Shown here: positions 37,820 to 43,281 of the stretch, in pieces
How the letters are laid out: the number at the start of each line of letters is the position of its first letter
Position numbering within the stretch: position 1 is the stretch's first letter
Source: a virus
Taxonomy: Duplodnaviria > Caudoviricetes
Strand: one strand, 5' to 3'
Virus record (IMG/VR): IMGVR_UViG_3300049926_000032
Coordinates: 1-43,281 of that record
Length of the DNA stretch: 43,281 nt
Made by a program: the position numbers and the translations under genes
The notes under the pieces: generated by a model
Database searches by the model: none
What the model was told of the DNA's origin: nothing
What the model saw: the letters and a program-made list of their open reading frames with translations, nothing else

Positions 37820-37904
37820 TGGAGCCAGTACGAGGAATCGAACCCCGATAATCTCATTACAAGTGAGACGTAATGTTGCTTTCGCACCGTTATACGATAC
37901 CGGC
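37820..37904 (-). tRNA. tRNA-Thr(TGT) with hairpin insertion in D-loop
   Basis: TCTCA-CTTGTAA-TGAGA; D-loop contains TGC-GAAA-GCA. Confidence 0.85.
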
Positions 37905-37905
37905 T

Positions 37906-37983
37906 TGGTACCCCGTGACGGATTTGAACCGCCGACTCATGGTATGTAACACCACAGCTCTAGCCAGACTGAGCTAACAGGGC
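37906..37983 (-). tRNA. tRNA-Val(TAC)
   Basis: GTGGT-GTTACAT-ACCAT. Confidence 0.92.
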
Positions 37984-37987
37984 TTAT

Positions 37988-38062
37988 TGGTGCAAGTGGA
38001 GGGACTCGAACCCTCGGTGCCTGCTTGGAAGGCAGGAAGTTTAGCCGCTAACCAACACTTGC
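37988..38062 (-). tRNA. tRNA-Gly(TCC)
   Basis: CCTGC-CTTCCAA-GCAGG. Confidence 0.92.
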
Positions 38063-38075
38063 ATGATTTAAAAAC

Positions 38076-38152
38076 TGGTACCCGCTGAGGGATTCAAACC
38101 CCCGACGACTCGGTTCCGAAGACCGACGCTCTATTCACTGAGCTAAGCGGGC
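38076..38152 (-). tRNA. tRNA-Arg(TCG)
   Basis: TCGGT-CTTCGGA-ACCGA. Confidence 0.92.
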
Positions 38153-38157
38153 ATAAT

Positions 38158-38232
38158 TGGCGCTGACTACGGGGTTCAAACCCGTGACCTTCACACTGAC
38201 AATGTGTTGCTCTGTCACTGAGCTAAGCCAGC
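38158..38232 (-). tRNA. tRNA-Asp(GTC)
   Basis: CACA-TTGTCAG-TGTG; G73. Confidence 0.88.
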
Positions 38233-38239
38233 AAATCTT

Positions 38240-38327
38240 TGGCGGAAGCTGGAGGGAACGATCCCCCACGGGTGTTACCCCATCACGGTTTTCAAGACCG
38301 ATAAGTACGCCAGCCTTACGAGCTTCC
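38240..38327 (-). tRNA. tRNA-Ser(TGA)
   Basis: Long variable arm; CT-TGA-AA; G73. Confidence 0.9.
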
Positions 38328-38330
38328 ATT

Positions 38331-38416
38331 TGGCGGAAGAACTAGGAATTGCACCTAGGCAACCTTGCGGTTGTACTCCTTAGCGGGGAGCTGCATTACT
38401 GCTCTGCCATTCTTCC
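38331..38416 (-). tRNA. tRNA-Ser(GCT)
   Basis: Long variable arm; loop CC-GCT-AA (C33). Confidence 0.9.
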
Positions 38417-38417
38417 T

Positions 38418-38494
38418 TGGCTGTCCGGGTAGGAGTCGAACCTACAAGCACCTGTTTCAAAGACAAGCCGCTGTACCAATTTGCGTACCAGACA
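38418..38494 (-). tRNA. tRNA-Gln(TTG)
   Basis: U1-A72; CT-TTG-AA. Confidence 0.92.
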
Positions 38495-38499
38495 TTATT

Positions 38500-38574
38500 T
38501 GGCTGTCTCGTGAGGGATCGAACCTCAGTCTCCTGAGCCAGAATCAGGCGTCACTACCGCTAGACTACAAGACA
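38500..38574 (-). tRNA. tRNA-Gln(CTG)
   Basis: U1-A72; TT-CTG-GC. Confidence 0.92.
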
Positions 38575-38577
38575 TTA

Positions 38578-38653
38578 TGGAGGGCTTGGCGGGGCATGAT
38601 CCCGCAACATACCGCTTAAGAGGCGGTTGCTCTACCAATTGAGCTACAAGCCC
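38578..38653 (-). tRNA. tRNA-Lys(CTT)
   Basis: ACCGC-CTCTTAA-GCGGT; T-loop ATCATGC. Confidence 0.9.
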
Positions 38654-38657
38654 GTGA

Positions 38658-38739
38658 TGTGGCTGTGAGGTTTAAGTGTAGGCTTTGTGCTATAGTCACG
38701 CACCCACTCCATCCCATTCTCGTTTAACTTCCGGCCACA
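38658..38739. ncRNA. Non-tRNA structured element inside the tRNA array
   Basis: Terminal pairing TGTGGCTG/CGGCCACA plus inner stems; no cloverleaf. Confidence 0.4.
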
Positions 38740-38755
38740 AGATTTTAATTTACTT

Positions 38756-38832
38756 TGGAGGGCCATCCGAGACTCGAACTCGGAACGTGGAGCTTAAAAG
38801 GCACCTGCTCTGCCAAATTGAGCTAATGGCCC
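38756..38832 (-). tRNA. tRNA-Lys(TTT)
   Basis: CT-TTT-AA; T-T mismatch in anticodon stem. Confidence 0.92.
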
Positions 38833-38833
38833 A

Positions 38834-38912
38834 TGGTGGAGAATGAGAGATTTGAACTCTCGACCTTCTTCTTGCAAGGAAGCTGCTCTTGTCCGGGCTG
38901 AGCTAATTCCCC
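38834..38912 (-). tRNA. tRNA-Ala(TGC)
   Basis: G3-U70; CT-TGC-AA. Confidence 0.93.
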
Positions 38913-38913
38913 A

Positions 38914-38989
38914 TGGTAGCGGTTACGGGATTTGCACCCGTGATCTTCACCTTATGAGGGTGCTGAGATAACTACTTCTCCAAACCGCA
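38914..38989 (-). tRNA. tRNA-Met(CAT), initiator-like acceptor and D-arm
   Basis: U1xU72 mismatch; A11-U24; CT-CAT-AA. Confidence 0.85.
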
Positions 38990-38994
38990 TTATC

Positions 38995-39069
38995 TGGTAC
39001 TCGTCCGTGGTGCTGGCCCACGCCCTCCACAATATAAGTGTGGCGCTCTCGCTGGTGAGCTATACGAGC
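38995..39069 (-). tRNA. tRNA-Ile(TAT)
   Basis: CCACA-CTTATAT-TGTGG; non-canonical T-loop GCCAGCA. Confidence 0.8.
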
Positions 39070-39070
39070 T

Positions 39071-39146
39071 TGGTCAGTGTAGAAGGACTCGAACCTTCGG
39101 TATCTTGCTCCCAAAGCAAGCGCCATAGCCGCTAGGCGATACACTG
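39071..39146 (-). tRNA. tRNA-Pro(TGG)
   Basis: C1-G72; TT-TGG-GA. Confidence 0.93.
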
Positions 39147-39152
39147 TTAAAT

Positions 39153-39227
39153 TGGTACTCGATCAAGGAATTGAACCTCAGTTTCTTCGATATCAGCGAA
39201 GCGCTCTAACCATTGAGCTAATCGAGC
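39153..39227 (-). tRNA. tRNA-Ile(GAT)
   Basis: CTTCG-CTGATAT-CGAAG. Confidence 0.92.
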
Positions 39228-39231
39228 ATAT

Positions 39232-39307
39232 TGGTGGCTCTAGTCGGTAACGCTCCGACCTCCCCTGTACTTCAAGCAGGTGCTTTCACTATGTAAGCTA
39301 CTGAGCC
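39232..39307 (-). tRNA. tRNA-Phe(GAA)
   Basis: TT-GAA-GT with C31xA39; T-loop AGCGTTA. Confidence 0.8.
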
Positions 39308-39310
39308 AAA

Positions 39311-39381
39311 TGGCGGGATGTTAAGGAGTCGAACCCTATCTTGCAGTTTTGGAGGCTGCTACGCTCCACAGCGTACTTCCC
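39311..39381 (-). tRNA. tRNA-Trp(CCA), first of the array, short D-arm
   Basis: GCAGC-CTCCAAA-ACTGC; G73; 71 nt. Confidence 0.87.
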
Positions 39382-39383
39382 AT

Positions 39384-39406
39384 AAAAAAGCCCGGTGGGT
39401 ACCGGG
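39384..39406 (-). terminator. Attenuator terminator immediately upstream of the tRNA array
   Basis: CCCGGT-ACCC-ACCGGG-C-TTTTTT on the minus strand. Confidence 0.85.
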
Positions 39407-39445
39407 TAGCGTGTGTGAACTTAAGCTTTTTGCTAAGCTGCCATG

Positions 39446-39562
39446 CTACCCATTCTCACTTCCCTTTTCAAAATACGATTTCACACACCACATATCGACA
39501 CGGCCCGTGGCGAGTTGCTGGGTGGGGAGAATGGTATTTAGCTGATGTATTGAATGGGACAT
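39446..39562 (-). CDS. Leader peptide (38 aa) containing all 20 amino acids: MSHSIHQLNTILPTQQLATGRVDMWCVKSYFEKGSENG
   Basis: Translated base by base; ATG lies 6 nt after the -10; TAG stop lies within the antiterminator strand GGGTAGC. Confidence 0.8.
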   Translation of the reverse strand: MSHSIHQLNTILPTQQLATGRVDMWCVKSYFEKGSENG

Positions 39563-39568
39563 GGTTCC

Positions 39569-39596
39569 ACCATAGCAAACTTTAGGCTTAAGTCAA
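39569..39596 (-). promoter_or_regulatory. Sigma70-type promoter of the tRNA operon
   Basis: -35 TTGACT (39596-39591), 16-nt spacer, TGC-TATGGT extended -10 (39574-39569). Confidence 0.75.
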
Positions 39597-39598
39597 AT

Positions 39599-39642
39599 AA
39601 AAAAGACGAACCGCCTCAGTCGTTGCAACTGTGAGGCGGTTC
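39599..39642 (-). terminator. Strong intrinsic terminator insulating the tRNA promoter
   Basis: GAACCGCCTCA/TGAGGCGGTTC 11-bp stem then GTCTTTTTT. Confidence 0.85.
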
Positions 39643-39791
39643 TCCTGCCGAGGGACTTTGTATACCCCCAAGTCTATGTTGGCTATGTTATAGCGCTTTC
39701 AACAACCTAATCGTGTAACCCAAGGTGAAGTTACGCACCCTCCGATTAGTACCTTAGCCCGCCAACAATGGGCGTATTCAGTCAGACAGTT
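39599..39791 (-). ncRNA. Candidate multi-branch ncRNA with pseudoknot potential
   Basis: TATAGT at 39803-39798; five stems read by eye; ends at the terminator. Confidence 0.5.
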
Positions 39792-39808
39792 TCCGCACTA
39801 TAAGCTAT

Positions 39809-40105
39809 TTACGCCTTAGTAGCAAGCCGCTTACGGATTTTTGACATAAGCGTTTCGTGTCTTGGGTCAATCGTCTCTAGGTAGTCTTGCTCTGTCGGGC
39901 CAGTGTATTTCGATTTATTCACTCCCCGGCGACTCGCCATGCCCCCCTTGCGGCCAGCTTCAGAAGCTAGCTCACGGTTGACGGCGAACCCACCACCTCG
40001 GCTGATTTTGCCTCCCTTACGCCCAATTTGGGTGTAGAAAGTTAGCCCGTAGCGCATCTTGTTGGTAGCAGCAGCCTTGCGGCCCCCCGCTTGAGTTCCG
40101 GCCAT
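39809..40105 (-). CDS. KGG-repeat general stress protein
   Basis: MAGTQAGGRKAA...FYTQIGRKGG...GGFAVNRELASEAGRKGG; AAGGA SD. Confidence 0.85.
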   Translation of the reverse strand: MAGTQAGGRKAAATNKMRYGLTFYTQIGRKGGKISRGGGFAVNRELASEAGRKGGMASRRGVNKSKYTGPTEQDYLETIDPRHETLMSKIRKRLATKA

Positions 40106-40142
40106 ATTCTTCGATCCTTGTTTATACCCTCCATTATAGACA

Positions 40143-40424
40143 TTAGCGGAATAGGATACAACTGCCGAAGCGATTGTAAGCCGGACACTGCCACTCCACA
40201 TTGGTAACGCTCATCCGAAGCTCTGGGTGCGCCCCTCGTGACTTGATGTGGCCCACGTCTAGCGGCCACGTCTGCCCGCACCCCTTGGCGCAAGTGCGTG
40301 GCCCGTGAGCATCCAGATAGGGAATGGCAACGGTCTTCTTCCATTGCTCGTACTCCACCGTTCGCTTACCCACCCGCTTCATGCGCTTGGGGACTTTGAT
40401 CCGCTTCTCCGGCTTGGGTATCAC
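40143..40424 (-). CDS. Small HNH/NinG-like endonuclease
   Basis: CAKGC...DVGHIKSRG...NVEWQCPAYN. Confidence 0.7.
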   Translation of the reverse strand: MIPKPEKRIKVPKRMKRVGKRTVEYEQWKKTVAIPYLDAHGPRTCAKGCGQTWPLDVGHIKSRGAHPELRMSVTNVEWQCPAYNRFGSCILFR

Positions 40425-40625
40425 CCGTTAGACCACTTTATCGCAATCTGAATCATTAGGATTATGCAGGCGAAAATCATAGCGAGAATAAATGCCGTGG
40501 AGAGCTTTATCACACTTCTTCACGCCGGATGGTTCGGCACTGAAGGCATCTCAGGAACTCGAATAGCTCTCCCTCGACTTCTTTGGTGCCTAGGGATTCT
40601 TCGTGTTTATGCGGGCAATTGAGTA

Positions 40626-40940
40626 TCATTCTTCCTCCGGGGCGAGTATGGCTACGGCGGCGGGCCAAGTAGTGAACTGCATCCCTTTATCGTCTAAGTA
40701 TATATCGGCATTGGGCTTTATCTCTGTCACGCCGCTGACCTCGATCCCGTAGTACTCGCACCAATCAAGGATGTGCTGAGGGCTACCCCCACGCACCGTA
40801 TGGATGATAATCTCGTGTCCGGCATCCTGAAGGGCTTCAATGCCTTCCACAGCGCCGGGCATCGGCGGCCCCATGCGGCGGCCCTTCACGGGGTTCTTGT
40901 AGTCGTGGAGCGTACCATCAAAATCAACAGCGATTATCAT
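40626..40940 (-). CDS. Minimal HAD-superfamily hydrolase
   Basis: IAVDFDGTL, IIHTVR, KP.ADIYLDDK. Confidence 0.88.
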   Translation of the reverse strand: MIIAVDFDGTLHDYKNPVKGRRMGPPMPGAVEGIEALQDAGHEIIIHTVRGGSPQHILDWCEYYGIEVSGVTEIKPNADIYLDDKGMQFTTWPAAVAILAPEEE

Positions 40941-41194
40941 TCCAGCTCCTCTTTCAGCCGGATTTTGGTGGTGTTTGGATCGAAGCCTGCATCGGTAAGC
41001 TTATCGTCAGCCTCGCCCACAGTAAGGAGGGTGACTGGTTTTACCCATACCCGCCCGCCTTTGATCTCCATCACCCGGTATTCATTGCGGCTACCCTCAT
41101 AGTCGAACACCATCACCTGATGCTTCTTTAGCTTCTTAATACCCTCGGGCGTGAGAATATCAGTTATCTCTTGCCACTCGCTCGGCTTGCTCAT
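40937..41194 (-). CDS. Hypothetical protein
   Basis: ORF track; coupled. Confidence 0.65.
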   Translation of the reverse strand: MSKPSEWQEITDILTPEGIKKLKKHQVMVFDYEGSRNEYRVMEIKGGRVWVKPVTLLTVGEADDKLTDAGFDPNTTKIRLKEELE

Positions 41195-41589
41195 TCTTCA
41201 TGCTCCCTTACAAAATTAGGTACTTCATTGCAAACAGCTTTGTGACCTGCCAACGCATCTTCAAGGGTACTATATCGCTCGGTCAGTTCATCGAGCGGGC
41301 GACTCGGGCTATCGGGGTCGTTCCCTTCAAACACCATCGTTTCAAAGATGTGCGGTAGATTAGTGCCAAACATGGCCCCGTGATCCATGCCTAGCCAAAC
41401 AGTCGATACGAGGTAGGTCTTTGGCCCGATCATCACCTCATCACGAGCTACCCGCTGATACGCCCGATCCTCGAACTTCTTGGCCCAATCCAGTAGCGCC
41501 AAGGGCGTACCGTCTTTGTCGTAATACATGGGCCTGCCATTGAAGCTGGATAGTTCTTCGAGTTTACTTTTCTTCGCCACACTTGCCAC
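41191..41589 (-). CDS. Conserved phage hypothetical protein
   Basis: VSTVWLGMDH...FETMVF...RYST...GH pattern. Confidence 0.75.
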   Translation of the reverse strand: MASVAKKSKLEELSSFNGRPMYYDKDGTPLALLDWAKKFEDRAYQRVARDEVMIGPKTYLVSTVWLGMDHGAMFGTNLPHIFETMVFEGNDPDSPSRPLDELTERYSTLEDALAGHKAVCNEVPNFVREHEE

Positions 41590-41965
41590 ACTTTCCGTGA
41601 ATGGTTTTGGTCATGCAGTAGCAGGATTTGCAAAGGCTAATTCCCTCGATTTCGGGGGAATTAAAACGCTCCTCAAGCTCATCCGCTAAGGCATCATCAC
41701 CGTGAACTTTGATGTTGTCGCCCAATGGAGACTCGGCCCGCATCTTGCGGCACCAGTCGGCAAAGCTCATACCCTTGGGGCAATAGGCTTTGATGTTCCA
41801 CTGCTCGTTGTACTTCTCGATGGTCTTCATGTAGCGCTCGGCACAGCATGGCCCCACCCCATACGAGCCAAAGAGATACCCGCCGCTCCGGGGATCGGTG
41901 GTGAGGTCAGTGGAGTCGATATCGCACAGCACCATTCCGCCTAGAGGGATCACCCGCTCACTCAT
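41564..41965 (-). CDS. Cys-rich hypothetical protein
   Basis: Multiple CxxC; ATG at 41965 preferred over the ORF-track start. Confidence 0.6.
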   Translation of the reverse strand: MSERVIPLGGMVLCDIDSTDLTTDPRSGGYLFGSYGVGPCCAERYMKTIEKYNEQWNIKAYCPKGMSFADWCRKMRAESPLGDNIKVHGDDALADELEERFNSPEIEGISLCKSCYCMTKTIHGKCGKCGEEK

Positions 41966-42221
41966 TTGGCACCTCAATACTCGTGGCCCCATCTGGTTTA
42001 ACCATCTCAACTATTTCCATCTGGCTGAACCGAAGAAGCTTAATCTCCTTGCCCTGCTCATTGGCTAACGCCTGAGCAAATGGGCGCAAGCTCTTGATCC
42101 GGGGCAGATCAGCTCCCATCAAGGGGTACACGTTACCCGCCACCGTCATAGCCGGAACGCCCTCGTCATTCTCGTCTTTGTCGGCCATTACATAGGCGTA
42201 GAGTTCAGTAACTTTAGGCAT
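41958..42221 (-). CDS. Hypothetical protein
   Basis: ORF track; GAAGGA SD. Confidence 0.65.
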   Translation of the reverse strand: MPKVTELYAYVMADKDENDEGVPAMTVAGNVYPLMGADLPRIKSLRPFAQALANEQGKEIKLLRFSQMEIVEMVKPDGATSIEVPNE

Positions 42222-42380
42222 CGTTCTTCCTTCCTAGAATGAGGCGGTTGAGTATAGCCATTATCCAAATCCCGAACGTCATACCACTTGCAAACAGAGG
42301 GACAGGGTTCCCAAATCTCCAGTACATCAGAAGGTCGATGATGATAAAAAACCACATGAAAATGTTGTAGGCTACGAAGT

Positions 42381-42602
42381 TCACTCTACCCCCTCACCGA
42401 AGGGTTTCTTGCACCAATGGCACCATTTGTGGTCATAGTCGCCTGCGCTCCAGCTTACGATGTACCCTATCGGGCAATACACAAACTTCTCCCCGGTAGA
42501 TAGCTCTCCCCGGAAGTGCTTCTCCAGCATTGGCTCACCGTGGCCCATAGGGATACGGGGGCGAGTGCCGTATTGTTCCTCAACCTCTTGGAGTCGGTTC
42601 AC
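42381..42602 (-). CDS. Hypothetical zinc-binding protein
   Basis: CP...WCHWC. Confidence 0.6.
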   Translation of the reverse strand: MNRLQEVEEQYGTRPRIPMGHGEPMLEKHFRGELSTGEKFVYCPIGYIVSWSAGDYDHKWCHWCKKPFGEGVE

Positions 42603-42817
42603 TTGATTGCCTCAGCAGTGCATTTGGGGCAAAGGTCGTAGCCCGGCTCGGGCATAGTCCAGCCGATTAGTTGAAACAAGTCACGGACTCCTTGAAAGTT
42701 TTCGCTAAGGTACAACTCTGCATCCTTAACGGTCATTTCGCTGGTATCAAGGTCGCCCGGCAACTCGGATAAATCGCCAATGTACCCGCACTTGTTGCAT
42801 TTAATGAGTCTAATCAT
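42599..42817 (-). CDS. Zinc-ribbon protein
   Basis: CNKC...DLCPKC. Confidence 0.65.
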   Translation of the reverse strand: MIRLIKCNKCGYIGDLSELPGDLDTSEMTVKDAELYLSENFQGVRDLFQLIGWTMPEPGYDLCPKCTAEAIK

Positions 42818-43018
42818 CTACTTCTTCTTGGGTAACGGGTTAATCTTCTTGTCGGCAAAGTTCACTTGCGGCCTTTCGGCCTCAACATCCTCGCCACCCT
42901 CCAGTGGGGGAATGAATTGCCCCAACTGCTGAACCATACTTCTACGATTGTTTTTGGCATGGAGCCGAAGGCGCTCCAAATCCCCTGTGTCTATGCGTGT
43001 CATTGTAAACTTTGTCAT
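42818..43018 (-). CDS. Putative ribbon-helix-helix (Arc-like) regulator
   Basis: FTMTRID-TGDLERLRLHAKNNRRS-MVQQL; TGA-TAACAT-6nt-ATG leaderless promoter. Confidence 0.6.
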   Translation of the reverse strand: MTKFTMTRIDTGDLERLRLHAKNNRRSMVQQLGQFIPPLEGGEDVEAERPQVNFADKKINPLPKKK

Positions 43019-43084
43019 ACTACTATGTTATCACAAAGATATCACCATGCTAGCATAAAATTAGCTCTTATGAAAGTAAAACCC

Positions 43085-43252
43085 CTACAGATTGCGGGGG
43101 TCTAACTCTGGTTTGCCGAAGTACTTGTCGGCGGTATGTTCGAGCTGGGAGCGCCGCTTCTCAACGGCTCTCGGGTCTATGCGAACGGGTTTCCCAGCAA
43201 CCAACTCCACCAACTGAGCGGCTTCTTGGATGGTGGTTATTCTCTTACGCAT
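43085..43252 (-). CDS. Hypothetical protein (55 aa) spanning the circular junction
   Basis: Translated by hand, MRKRITTIQEAAQLVELV... Confidence 0.55.
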   Translation of the reverse strand: MRKRITTIQEAAQLVELVAGKPVRIDPRAVEKRRSQLEHTADKYFGKPELDPRNL

Positions 43253-43281
43253 GGAAGTTGCCGATGAGCCACAGCAGAATG
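43155..43281. repeat. 127-bp terminal direct repeat (copy 2)
   Basis: Identical to 1-127. Confidence 0.97.

Noticed and set aside
39382-39575. T-box riboswitch as the tRNA-operon leader
   Set aside because: GGTGGAACC overlaps the -10 and lies upstream of the predicted TSS. GGTGGGTACC is on the wrong strand. No stem I or specifier loop is visible, and the uORF model explains the pairings.
37082-39585. ORF-track ORFs over the tRNA array and leader (e.g. 37525-37887, 39318-39545, 39349-39585)
   Set aside because: They overlap clear tRNA genes or are antisense to the leader and lack protein-like features.

Overview
The window is a complete, circularly assembled ~43.15 kb tailed-phage genome: bases 1-127 equal 43155-43281. 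The structural module is podovirus-like (TerS, PBSX-type TerL, portal, scaffold, capsid, large internal protein, adaptor/nozzle, LamG tail fibre, amidase and holin). A KGG stress protein and the gene style suggest a Patescibacteria/Saccharibacteria-like host (inference). No integrase, polymerase, helicase or primase is recognisable. The standout feature is a minus-strand array of 27 tRNA genes covering all 20 amino acids (37004-39381). Directly upstream lies what looks like a ribosome-sensing transcription attenuator: a leaderless 38-codon uORF (39446-39562) containing all 20 amino acids and 32 different codons. Its stop codon lies in an antiterminator strand that competes with an intrinsic terminator ending 2 nt before the first tRNA. 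This would be a pan-codon sensor that switches on a backup tRNA set when any host tRNA fails. The genome also carries several unexplained structured RNA candidates (7512-8504 cluster, 38658-38739, 39599-39803) and several structurally odd tRNAs. All structure calls were made by eye; no searches or folding programs were run.
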